In this document: positions 1 to 8,368 of the stretch, in pieces | How positions within the stretch are numbered: the stretch's first letter is position 1 | How the letters are laid out: every line of letters starts with the position of its first letter | Sequence record: MN850617.1 | Reading direction: 5' to 3' (one strand) | Origin: Escherichia phage forsur | DNA: 42,476 nt | Program-made: the position numbers and the translations under genes | The notes under the pieces: model-generated | The model's input: only the letters and a program-made list of their open reading frames with translations | Databases searched by the model: none | Told to the model about the DNA's origin: nothing

Positions 1-1
1 C

Positions 2-487
2 CGTATCATCTCCATGCTGTTGGAGAAGTTCCCGCAGGTTCACGTAGTGTGTGCCGAGGGCAACCACGATATGGCCAGCTCAATCTGGATGCGAGAGCTG
101 CTGCATGTACTGTACGCCGACGAGCCGCGTGTCACTGTTGACCGCAGCCCTGACCCGTACTACTGCTATGAGCATGGCGAGACGGCACTGTTCTTCCACC
201 ATGGTCACAAGCGTAAGGCTGAGCAACTGGAGACTGTGCTGGTTGCGAAGTTCCGCGAAGTGTATGGCCGAACCAAACATGCGTATGCACACGTTGGCCA
301 CCTGCATCACAAGAAGGTGCTGGAGTCTGCCGTCATGATTGTCGAGCAGCACCAGACGCTGGCAGCGAAAGATGCCTATGCTTCTCGTGGTGGTTGGCTG
401 AGCGAGCGCAGCGCGAGCGTGATTACTTACCACGCCCGGTACGGTGAGGTCGCACGATTCACCATTAGCCCGGAGATGTTGGAGTGA
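2..487 (+). CDS. C-terminal part of a calcineurin-like metallophosphoesterase. The gene is split by the window boundary; the N-terminal part is at 41839..42476
   Basis: The frame is open from position 2. GNHD, FHHGH and GHLHH metal-ligand motifs are present. It joins in frame with the ORF running off the right edge (..VAIRAQ-R-RIISMLLEKF..). Confidence 0.8.
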   Translation, partial: RIISMLLEKFPQVHVVCAEGNHDMASSIWMRELLHVLYADEPRVTVDRSPDPYYCYEHGETALFFHHGHKRKAEQLETVLVAKFREVYGRTKHAYAHVGHLHHKKVLESAVMIVEQHQTLAAKDAYASRGGWLSERSASVITYHARYGEVARFTISPEMLE

Positions 488-708
488 GTAGAACCCTGTA
501 CCAAGAAGATGTGGTGCAGCTCAAAGATGACGGCCTCTCGATAGACTGGGAGGCCAACACGCAGGTCGAGCTGTACAAAGATGGCACCGTCTGTATCTCG
601 CAGGAAGGGGAGCAGGTGTGGGTGCCGTGGGCATATGTCAAAGATATTATCTTCGCTCTTGAGGAAGCACACGATGCACATGAAAGACACCGTAGTAGTA
701 GACCTTGA
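484..708 (+). CDS. hypothetical protein (74 aa)
   Basis: ORF-track ORF. GTG start overlaps the upstream stop, with GGAG adjacent. No recognisable motif. Confidence 0.45.
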   Translation: MSRTLYQEDVVQLKDDGLSIDWEANTQVELYKDGTVCISQEGEQVWVPWAYVKDIIFALEEAHDAHERHRSSRP

Positions 709-1177
709 CGGCACACTGGCTGATGGCCGTTGGCGTCTGCACCTGCTGCCTCCACCGGAGCGTCGGCACCTTGATGAAGCGTGGGCCGAGTTCAACTTGG
801 CTGGCGCTGACGACCCAGCGTTTCAGGACACGATTGATATTGTGAACGCACTGGCCCTCACGTATCGCATTATCATCCTGACCGGACGCGGAGCCGTGGC
901 CCGTGAAGTAACCGAGCAGTGGCTCGATGACAATGGTGTGGTGTACGACAAGCTCATCATGCGTGAGATTGGCGACTGCCGCAAAGACACTGAGATGAAG
1001 CGTGCAGCGCTGGAAGACATTGGCATTGAGAATATTGTCTGTGCCTTTGATGACCTGCCGCACATCGTGGACTTCATGCGAAGCCTAGGCATTACCGTGT
1101 ATGAAGTTACCCGGTACGAGGACAACCATGAGTACGTCCACGCCAATGCGAAATACGATGGAGATAAAGATGCCTAA
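674..1177 (+). CDS. HAD-superfamily phosphatase (nucleotidase / polynucleotide-phosphatase-like)
   Basis: Start trimmed to ATG 674 (GAGGAA 7 nt upstream). VVVDLDGTL DxDxT nucleophile motif, then ILTGR and FDD motifs typical of the HAD fold. Confidence 0.7.
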   Translation: MHMKDTVVVDLDGTLADGRWRLHLLPPPERRHLDEAWAEFNLAGADDPAFQDTIDIVNALALTYRIIILTGRGAVAREVTEQWLDDNGVVYDKLIMREIGDCRKDTEMKRAALEDIGIENIVCAFDDLPHIVDFMRSLGITVYEVTRYEDNHEYVHANAKYDGDKDA

Positions 1178-1706
1178 ACGTGGTGACAAGTTCTGTCTGG
1201 ATATCAACCGTGAATACCACAACGCTCGGCTCAATGAGCTGCGCGATAACGGTGTCATCCTAACCTACGACGAGCCTTACGATGTACCGAATGACAGTCG
1301 TGATTACTACACCTGCGTGTACAACGGCAAGACTGAGGTGCTGGTGCTGGAACCATATGAGGTGCAGGAAGTGCAGACGGCATTCATCCCGGTAGAGCCG
1401 GAGGCCGGGCCGGGCGGTATGAAGTATGACGGCGGCAAGCCACGCATGGCCCTGCTGCTCGACGGCTGCCCGAATGCACTGGAGGCTGTGGCCAGCGTGC
1501 TGACCTTCGGCGCTCAGAAGTATGCAGCTCACTCATGGCAGACTGTGCCGGAAGGTGAGGAACGTTACAAGTCAGCGCTGCTCCGGCACCTGACTGCGGT
1601 GGGTAAGGGCGAAGAACTCGACCCGGAATCTGGCCTGCACCATCTGGCGCACGCCGCTTGCAACGCACTGTTCATTCTCGAACTGGCATTAAGGAAAACT
1701 AAATGA
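1170..1706 (+). CDS. MazG-like / dATP-dGTP diphosphohydrolase-type nucleotide pyrophosphohydrolase (178 aa)
   Basis: Start trimmed to ATG 1170 (GGAG 6 nt upstream). C-terminal pattern KYDGGKPRMALL..FGAQKY..RYKSALLRHL..ESGLHHLAHAACNALFILE matches that family as I recall it. Confidence 0.55.
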   Translation: MPKRGDKFCLDINREYHNARLNELRDNGVILTYDEPYDVPNDSRDYYTCVYNGKTEVLVLEPYEVQEVQTAFIPVEPEAGPGGMKYDGGKPRMALLLDGCPNALEAVASVLTFGAQKYAAHSWQTVPEGEERYKSALLRHLTAVGKGEELDPESGLHHLAHAACNALFILELALRKTK

Positions 1707-1882
1707 GTGCTTTACTTTATGTGATTGCTATGGCATGGTTCGTATACTTCACGCTGGGTTGCCTGAACGCCTGCAAGTCATACAACCTGAGCCACTACCC
1801 GCAACGCGCCGGGTCTGCTGGCTTCATCGTATGGCTGCTGGTAGCTGTGCTGCCAACGTGGTTCATTTGTTACTTAGCATAG
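1703..1882 (+). CDS. small membrane protein (59 aa, two hydrophobic segments)
   Basis: Below the ORF-track cutoff. ATG overlaps the upstream stop (ATGA), with AAGGA upstream. It fills an otherwise empty gap. Confidence 0.5.
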   Translation: MSALLYVIAMAWFVYFTLGCLNACKSYNLSHYPQRAGSAGFIVWLLVAVLPTWFICYLA

Positions 1883-1890
1883 GAGATACG

Positions 1891-2124
1891 ATGAGCAGAT
1901 ACCAACGAGCCATTGAGGATACCGTGGTCGAGAAAGGTGTGTGCGGGGAGTGCCACGGCTGTGGCACATTCACCAGCATGACCATTCGACACGAGCTTGT
2001 CCAAACTGAATGTGAAGCCTGTGGTGGCACAGGCGTGACTGACCCGGCACTGCAACGTTCAGTGCTGCGGGAACAAGGTATGCGCTGCCAAGTGCAGCCG
2101 GGCTATGACCAACCAACGGAGTAA
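1891..2124 (+). CDS. DnaJ-type zinc-finger protein (77 aa)
   Basis: AGGAG 5 nt upstream of ATG 1891. Two CxxCxGxG motifs (CGECHGCG, CEACGGTG). Confidence 0.65.
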   Translation: MSRYQRAIEDTVVEKGVCGECHGCGTFTSMTIRHELVQTECEACGGTGVTDPALQRSVLREQGMRCQVQPGYDQPTE

Positions 2125-4559
2125 TGATGGACTTACTTGCTGAGCAGATTCGACTGGAAGAAGAAGCGCGAGCCAGACACCGCGAGGGCTGGCTGGATAA
2201 TATCAGAGAGGCGTTGGCCGCTGGCCGGGCTGGTTCAGTACCATTGCTCCAGCGTATGATGGTTGAGGCGTATCCTCAAGTTGAAGCTGCGATGCAAGAA
2301 CTCCTGAATGAAACTGCCCGTGGCTATGGTGCGCAGTACCGGACATACATGCGGGAGCTGGGGCCGCGAGCTTGTGCCTCACTCGCGTTGAGCATGGCTG
2401 TGTCCGGTGCCGCTGCTGAGCAAGCAGTGCTTAACTTGCTCAAGGACATGGGCAAGGCTCTCATGGCTGAGGTGGTGTACCTTCGGGCCAAGGCTGCCGG
2501 GCCTGTGCAGGCTGCGTACATGGCCAAGGTTAAGACTGACGTTAAGCGCTCTCGTTCCAAGTCAGCTAACCATGTGTATAACAAGGCGAAAGCGTCGGCG
2601 TCTAACGTTGGCGTTGAGCTGGATATCCTGCCACAGCGTGCGCTCATCACCATTGGTAAGATGATGATGAAGTGCATCGAGCCTACTGGTCTGCTGGTCA
2701 CTATGCGTGTCGGCGGCAACCACCGTCAGCGCGGCACCGCGCACTTCGCACTGCATGAAGATGTGCTGGCAACGATGAAAGATTGGATGGACTTGCCACG
2801 GGCAGACGGCCTGTGCTGTCCTCCAATGATTATCCCGCCAGCGCAGATTGCACGCGATGGTCGTAGTGGTATGTGGCACTCGCCGGGGCAGGCTGCCATG
2901 TACCGGGCAATCAGCCGCATGAACCACCGTGGCTACCGTGCGCTGGGTGTTGACCCACTGCCCATCATAGAGCCGTGTATGATGCTCAGCAGCGTTCCGT
3001 ACCGAGTTAACCCAATGGTATTGGAGTTCCTGAGAACGAACCGTACAGGCGTTATGGGGCTGCCTGTGCCGCCTCGTGAGCCTAAGCTCCCGTTCACCAT
3101 CCCGGCTGGTGTCAGCTTCGCTCAGTACATTAGCAAGTTCCCACCAGAAATGCAGCAGCAGATGGAGTCGGAAGCCCACGAGTACAAGGTGAAGACCCGT
3201 CTGTATTACAACGAGCTGCGCAAGTTCACGTCACAAATGCTGGCGCTGAACGGTGCAGTCAAAGAGGCCGAGCGCTATGCGCCATACGATAGGGTATATC
3301 TCCCGACTTACGCCGATACGCGGGGCCGAATTTATTATTCTTCGACCCTTAACCCTCAGTCCATCGACGCGGTGCGAGCGCTGCTCGAACTTGCTGAACC
3401 AGTGGCTCTCGGAGACGAGGGGCTGTTCTGGCTCAAGGTACATGTTGCGAATTGTTTTGGATACGACGCCACCGACTTCGACGACCGGGCGGCGTGGACG
3501 GACAAAACACTCCCCCGACTACGTGAGGCGTGCCGTCTTCCAGAGGCATTTGATTCGTTCTGGTCAGAAGCCGATAGCCCTATCTCAGCGTGGGCTGCTG
3601 CTGTTGAACTCATTCGAGCTATCGACTCAGGAAGTCCTGAGACTTATCCCTGCCGAGTGGTTACGCAGTGGGACGCTACATGTTCAGGACTCCAGCACCT
3701 CAGTGCGATGCTACGCGATGAGGTTGGAGGTGCTGCTGTCAATCTTGTCGATAGCGTGGGAAGAAAAGCAGACATATATCTTAAGACGGCAGCAGCGGCG
3801 ATGCAGGCTCTTGAAGAAAGTGAAGCGGCTGCGCCGACGACAATGGGTTCGTGGCTTGTTTCCATCGGCATTGTTCGGGCTATGGCCAAGAAGCCAGTGA
3901 TGACCTACGTGTACGGGGCAACCCGGCACGGCATGGTTGACTACTACTGCCTGTATCTGCGTGAGAACCGGGTCAAGCTGCCGGAGGGTAAGAGCCTGCT
4001 GGAGTGTGCTCAGTTCATTGCTGAGTTTATGTGGGCTGCTATCCCCCGCGTCGTGCCGAAAGCTGCCGAGCTGATGGCATGGTTGCAGGCTATCGCAGTA
4101 GAGGCTGCGAGCATGGGTGAGTACGTGGAGTTCACTGCGCCGTCCGGTCTTCGTGTGGTCAATCTGTATCAGGCCAGCAAAGAGATTGCGCTGAACAACA
4201 TCAACCTCATGGGTATCCACGGCATCAAGCTGCGCGAGTATCTGGATAAGCCAGATGGTCGCAAGTGTGCCGCTGCGATTGCTCCGAATTTTGTACACGC
4301 CATGGATGCCAGTCACATGATGAAGGTTCTGTGGGAGATGTGGAATAACGGGGTATACATGGTATCCATCCACGACTCGTTCGGTGTAGCGGCAGCCCAT
4401 GCTGGGTTACTGCACAAGGTCATCCGTGAAAAGTTTGTGCAGATGTATGAGGAATGTGACCCTATTCAGCAACTTGCGTCAGCATATAACCGTGAAGCTC
4501 CAGCTCGCGGTAATCTGGACATCCAGCTTGTGAAGAAATCAAGCAAGTTCTTCTGCTGA
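2124..4559 (+). CDS. T7-like single-subunit DNA-dependent RNA polymerase (811 aa)
   Basis: KKPVMTYVYGATRHG (motif B-like) and SIHDSFG (motif C catalytic Asp). Size and position (just before the structural genes) fit phiKMV-type phages. Confidence 0.95.
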   Translation: MMDLLAEQIRLEEEARARHREGWLDNIREALAAGRAGSVPLLQRMMVEAYPQVEAAMQELLNETARGYGAQYRTYMRELGPRACASLALSMAVSGAAAEQAVLNLLKDMGKALMAEVVYLRAKAAGPVQAAYMAKVKTDVKRSRSKSANHVYNKAKASASNVGVELDILPQRALITIGKMMMKCIEPTGLLVTMRVGGNHRQRGTAHFALHEDVLATMKDWMDLPRADGLCCPPMIIPPAQIARDGRSGMWHSPGQAAMYRAISRMNHRGYRALGVDPLPIIEPCMMLSSVPYRVNPMVLEFLRTNRTGVMGLPVPPREPKLPFTIPAGVSFAQYISKFPPEMQQQMESEAHEYKVKTRLYYNELRKFTSQMLALNGAVKEAERYAPYDRVYLPTYADTRGRIYYSSTLNPQSIDAVRALLELAEPVALGDEGLFWLKVHVANCFGYDATDFDDRAAWTDKTLPRLREACRLPEAFDSFWSEADSPISAWAAAVELIRAIDSGSPETYPCRVVTQWDATCSGLQHLSAMLRDEVGGAAVNLVDSVGRKADIYLKTAAAAMQALEESEAAAPTTMGSWLVSIGIVRAMAKKPVMTYVYGATRHGMVDYYCLYLRENRVKLPEGKSLLECAQFIAEFMWAAIPRVVPKAAELMAWLQAIAVEAASMGEYVEFTAPSGLRVVNLYQASKEIALNNINLMGIHGIKLREYLDKPDGRKCAAAIAPNFVHAMDASHMMKVLWEMWNNGVYMVSIHDSFGVAAAHAGLLHKVIREKFVQMYEECDPIQQLASAYNREAPARGNLDIQLVKKSSKFFC

Positions 4560-4584
4560 ATAAAGCATTGTATTCCTTGCTTAT

Positions 4585-4607
4585 TTATGAAAGTGACTAT
4601 AGTGATA
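4585..4607 (+). promoter_or_regulatory. phage-RNAP promoter candidate P1 (TTATGAAAGTGACTATA|GTGATA)
   Basis: 23-nt motif with T7/SP6-like architecture (AT-rich -17..-13, CTATA at -5..-1, G at +1 = 4602). It lies in the gap after the RNAP gene at the head of the late operon. A perfect inverted copy is at 26463..26485 and near copies at 4852 and 33177. Confidence 0.6.
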
Positions 4608-4666
4608 GAATCACGCTACCGGTAGCCCCGTCAGTGGCGGGGGTGCTGCCACTCAGAGAGGATTGT

Positions 4667-4852
4667 ATGGGTAAAGAATCTCCATTAGATAGAGTAACAT
4701 TCACTAAAGCTCAGATAGCTCTACTGGAAAAGCACTTCGGTACATGGGTACAGGTAGGCAGAACAGTAACACCTGACACTAACCTACCACTGATTAACAG
4801 AGAAGCTGGTAAGCAGGATGTACTGGACTTCATCCGTGAAAGAGTGATTTGA
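4667..4852 (+). CDS. hypothetical protein (61 aa)
   Basis: Start trimmed to ATG 4667 (GAGAGG upstream). The track's TTG start at 4568 lies upstream of the predicted transcription start. Confidence 0.55.
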   Translation: MGKESPLDRVTFTKAQIALLEKHFGTWVQVGRTVTPDTNLPLINREAGKQDVLDFIRERVI

Positions 4853-4874
4853 AATGAAAGTGACTATTATGGGA
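4852..4874 (+). promoter_or_regulatory. weaker phage-promoter-like copy P2 (AAATGAAAGTGACTATT|ATGGGA)
   Basis: 14-nt identity (ATGAAAGTGACTAT) to P1, but -1/+1 diverge. It overlaps the start of the GNAT gene. Confidence 0.3.
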
Positions 4875-5273
4875 AATACAACGCACACGACTATGCCTCT
4901 TGACATTCGGCGTGCGGTGGCCGAGGGCATACAAGCCGAGCGGCCATGGTCAGACCTATCTCCCGATGTGATAGTCGAACGCATGTACGAGGCCACTGCC
5001 GCTGGTTGCGTTGACGTTTACATTACTGCCGACGACGATGGCCTCATGGCTGTTGCTCACATCGGCAGGTTATTCGATATTCATGTGGGCGAGATGGTGG
5101 TCATTATGGCCTCATACGTCTGGCCCCAGTACAGAAACCGTGGAGTGATGCGTGCCATCCTCCGTGTACTCAAAGACGTGGCCCGTTCCGAGGGTGTACG
5201 TTGGTGCGGTTACTCCCACATGGTGCGGCCTTACGTTCAGGAGTACCGCTTCATAGATTTGGAGAAACCGTAA
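4854..5273 (+). CDS. GNAT-family N-acetyltransferase (139 aa; alternative start 4869)
   Basis: VWPQYRNRGVMRAILRVL matches GNAT motif A (R-x-x-G-x-G/A acetyl-CoA loop), preceded by a beta-strand-rich segment. Confidence 0.7.
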   Translation: MKVTIMGNTTHTTMPLDIRRAVAEGIQAERPWSDLSPDVIVERMYEATAAGCVDVYITADDDGLMAVAHIGRLFDIHVGEMVVIMASYVWPQYRNRGVMRAILRVLKDVARSEGVRWCGYSHMVRPYVQEYRFIDLEKP

Positions 5274-5533
5274 TGGGTAGCGTAGGTAAAGTTTTCAAGG
5301 GGATTGGCTCGGTCTTTGGACTAGGTAGCCAGAAACCCCAGTACACGATTAAGACTGACCCGAATCAGGTCAAGGCTGAAACCTTGAATGCAAACTTGCA
5401 GGCTGATTTGGCGAACGATAACACCCCGACGATTCAGGCAGGTGGTCAGGTTACTTCGGCCTCCGACACTTTATCGAGCCGACGCCGCCGCACCGGAACG
5501 GGTGTAGCAAGCAACCTCGGCATCGGGAGTTAA
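5273..5533 (+). CDS. hypothetical small protein upstream of portal (86 aa), possibly virion-associated
   Basis: Start trimmed to ATG 5273 (GGAGAAACCGTAATG, overlapping the upstream stop). Gly/Ser-rich with a basic C-terminus. Confidence 0.55.
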   Translation: MGSVGKVFKGIGSVFGLGSQKPQYTIKTDPNQVKAETLNANLQADLANDNTPTIQAGGQVTSASDTLSSRRRRTGTGVASNLGIGS

Positions 5534-5536
5534 CGA

Positions 5537-7102
5537 ATGGCATACGACGCGCAGAACGTCAGCTATGAATCGCTCTGGCAAAAGTACCGGGACAGTAACG
5601 TAGTCACCAAGGCTCGTGAGTACAGTCGTTACACGTTGGCCAAGCTGGTCAGTGAATACGACCGCGCCGAGGTAGACGACATGAACCGCCAGCAGATTAC
5701 TCGTGACTACCAATCTGTCGGCGCTCTGCTCGTTAACAACCTCGTCGCTCGACTGGGTGAGTTCCTGTTCCCGGCATCAGCCCGGTTCGTAAAGCTGAAA
5801 CTCGATAAGGTGTCTGACCAACAGCGGCAGCAAATGTCCAAGGTCAATCAGGCACTCATCACTATTGAAAAGGGCATCGTAGACAAAGCCAAAGAGAACG
5901 GCGGCTACGCTGACCTGTTAATGACCATTGCCCAACAAGCAGTCACTGGTAACGCCGCGCTGTACCGCGATATGGAAACTGGAACGTACCGAGTGTACGG
6001 GCTGGAATCCTTCGTGGTGCAGCGCGACGGTCGTGGCGTTGTTACGGACGCCGTGGTCAAAGAACGCATCCAGTGGGATTCCCTCGACAAAGCGTTTCAG
6101 GACATGCTGAACGCCAAGGGCTTCCGCTGTGGTGGTAACAAACGTGTGTGGCTGTACACTCGCGTCCTCCGGGTTAGGAAGGACAGTGGGCTGTATGGCT
6201 ATGAAGTAACGCAGCAGGTGGGCAACTACCAAGGCTGTGTCTACACCCCCGGTAAAGATTACTACCCTGAAAAAGTCTGCCCTTGGATTTTCCCAGTGTG
6301 GTCTTTGAAGTCTGGCGAGCATTATGGTCGCGGGATTGTCGAAGACCACGCTGGGGATTTCGCACGTCTGTCGATGCTGTCTGAGCACTCTGCTCTGTAC
6401 ATGCAAGAGGCGCTGCGTGTCCTGTGGATGCTGACTGGTTCTGGCGGCAACGTCGATGACATTGAATCCGCGCAGACTGGGCAGGTCGTACCTCTCCAGA
6501 ATGGCACCACGCTGTCTGGTCTTGAGGTCGGGGATTACCAGAAAGTTCAACAGGCCCGTGACGAAATTAACCAGATTGTGCAGCGACTCGCGCAGGCGTT
6601 CATGTACACTGGTGAGTTCCGTGACTCGGAGCGTACCACCGCAACCGAAGTGCAGCAGGTAGCAACCAGCGCCGAACGTGGGCTGGGTGGCCCGTACTCA
6701 ATGCAGGCAAAGACCCTCCAGATTCCTCTGGCATACGTCTTGCTCGCAGAGATTGACGAGTCCTCCGTACCTGACATTGTGGGCGATATCCTGACGCTTC
6801 AAGTTGAAGCTGGTCTGGATGCCCTCGGTCGCAGCATCGAAGCTGAGACGCTGATTCGTGCGCTCTCTGATTCGCAGGCAGCAATGGTTGCTGTCCAAAA
6901 CATTAACGGCGTTGCCAACGTCATTGACCCTCAGAAGGTCATTGAGGTTATCTTCGCTTCCAACGGCGTCGCGCTTGATGACTATCGTAAGTCAGCGCAA
7001 GACCTCGCAAATGAAGGTCAGCAAATCGACAGAGCAGCAGCCGCTGCCGCAGGCGTACAGCCGGGCGCAGTCGATGTAGCGCCGAACGTCGCTCAGATTT
7101 AA
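5537..7102 (+). CDS. head-tail connector (portal) protein, T7 gp8-like (521 aa)
   Basis: Segments align by eye with T7 gp8 as I recall it (SFVVQRDGRG.. vs SYVVQRDAFG..; GEHYGRGIVEDHAGDF vs GESYGRSYIEEYLGDL; ERTTATEVQQVA..LQIPLAYVLL vs ERVTAEEIRYVA..LQLPLVRVLL). Confidence 0.93.
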   Translation: MAYDAQNVSYESLWQKYRDSNVVTKAREYSRYTLAKLVSEYDRAEVDDMNRQQITRDYQSVGALLVNNLVARLGEFLFPASARFVKLKLDKVSDQQRQQMSKVNQALITIEKGIVDKAKENGGYADLLMTIAQQAVTGNAALYRDMETGTYRVYGLESFVVQRDGRGVVTDAVVKERIQWDSLDKAFQDMLNAKGFRCGGNKRVWLYTRVLRVRKDSGLYGYEVTQQVGNYQGCVYTPGKDYYPEKVCPWIFPVWSLKSGEHYGRGIVEDHAGDFARLSMLSEHSALYMQEALRVLWMLTGSGGNVDDIESAQTGQVVPLQNGTTLSGLEVGDYQKVQQARDEINQIVQRLAQAFMYTGEFRDSERTTATEVQQVATSAERGLGGPYSMQAKTLQIPLAYVLLAEIDESSVPDIVGDILTLQVEAGLDALGRSIEAETLIRALSDSQAAMVAVQNINGVANVIDPQKVIEVIFASNGVALDDYRKSAQDLANEGQQIDRAAAAAAGVQPGAVDVAPNVAQI

Positions 7103-7114
7103 TTTGGAGATTAC

Positions 7115-8347
7115 ATGTCTGGTGAATACCAACCTACTGCCGCACCCGCTCCCCAAAACGTACCCGCTGGCCCGACCTATTCTCCCTCTGGTCACGGCGG
7201 TAATGATTATGGTGGAAGCCCACAGGTGGTACAGAACCCAGCGCTCGGACGCTTAGGCACGCCGATTGAACTGCCGCGAGGTGGTGCAACTCCGCAGCCG
7301 CAACAGCCGTTCGGTCAACAGCCGGGCCTGATTCCAAATCAGGAGTACAACCCGTATGCCCAACCGCAGCAGGGAAACCCAAGCCCTTACGCACCCGTAC
7401 CTCAGCAGAACCCGTATGGTGCTCCGCAACCGCAAAGCCCGTTTGCGGCACCACCTATTCCGATTAATGGGTATCCGCAACAGGGCTACACGCCTCCGGG
7501 CCAAGCGGCTCCGGCACAGCAGCCGGGCTTAGCACCGAACAACCCTGCGTATGGCTTCAACCCGTATGGGCAGCAGCCTCAGCAGCAGCAGCCGCAACAG
7601 CAGGCACCTCAGCAGCCGCAGCAGCCTTTCCAGCAGTTGCAGCCGCAGCCGGGCCAGCCGCCTCAGCAGTTCCAGAATCCGAACCTAACGGCAGAGAATC
7701 TGGCAAAGCAGGAAGGTGGACTGACCGCTGACCAAGTGGCTCAGATTTTCCCGGATGAAACCAGTCGTGCTGTGTTCCAAGGTATGGACACCATCGCCCG
7801 TGGCCAGAACATCGACCTGCTTGCAGCGTTCGGTTCTGCATACGAGCGTCGTGACCCTACTCTGGTGAATGAGCGCTATCTGGCGCAGTTCGACCCACAG
7901 ACTGTATCCATCCTCAAAGGTCAATTCGGCGCACTGGTTGCCGCTGGTCAGCAGCGCGATGCTGCAATCGAACAGCAGGTTTACCAGATGGCTGGTGGCC
8001 AAGAGCGTTGGGGTCTGGCAGTGCAGGCATTCAATACCGCTGCCGACAAAGGCACGATTGATGCTGTAGTAGCGGCTGTGAACTCCGGCGACCCTAATCA
8101 GGTACGTCTGGCAGTGAACACCATTCTCCAGTTTGCTGGTTCCCAAGGGAATATGATTCAGCGTTCTGGACAAAGTTTGACGCCTAATGGTGGCGGTCAA
8201 GCACCTCGTGACGTTATGACTAACGAGGCATTCCGTCAGCATCTTGGCTGGCTTGAGCAGGCGCATCCTGTTGGTTCCCCGGAATACAACAAGCATTACG
8301 CCGTACTGGTAGAGCAGCGCCGTCAGGCCAAAGCTCAAGGTTACTAA
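7115..8347 (+). CDS. scaffolding protein with a long N-terminal P/Q/N/Y-rich low-complexity region (410 aa)
   Basis: Lies between the portal and major capsid genes, as T7 gp9 does. The C-terminal half is helical and Ala/Gln-rich. Confidence 0.7.
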   Translation: MSGEYQPTAAPAPQNVPAGPTYSPSGHGGNDYGGSPQVVQNPALGRLGTPIELPRGGATPQPQQPFGQQPGLIPNQEYNPYAQPQQGNPSPYAPVPQQNPYGAPQPQSPFAAPPIPINGYPQQGYTPPGQAAPAQQPGLAPNNPAYGFNPYGQQPQQQQPQQQAPQQPQQPFQQLQPQPGQPPQQFQNPNLTAENLAKQEGGLTADQVAQIFPDETSRAVFQGMDTIARGQNIDLLAAFGSAYERRDPTLVNERYLAQFDPQTVSILKGQFGALVAAGQQRDAAIEQQVYQMAGGQERWGLAVQAFNTAADKGTIDAVVAAVNSGDPNQVRLAVNTILQFAGSQGNMIQRSGQSLTPNGGGQAPRDVMTNEAFRQHLGWLEQAHPVGSPEYNKHYAVLVEQRRQAKAQGY

Positions 8348-8368
8348 TTTCTTTCGTAAGGATTTCCC

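Noticed and set aside
4587-4625. The phage-promoter copies all read ATG-AAR-GTG-ACT-ATH (MKVTI). This suggested conserved mini-ORFs (12 aa at 4587, 16 aa at 33179, 34 aa on the minus strand from 26483), with the two differences falling at third codon positions
   Set aside because: None has a Shine-Dalgarno sequence, and the downstream peptides are unrelated. Conservation spans exactly the -17..+6 promoter footprint. Two third-position changes are not statistically meaningful.
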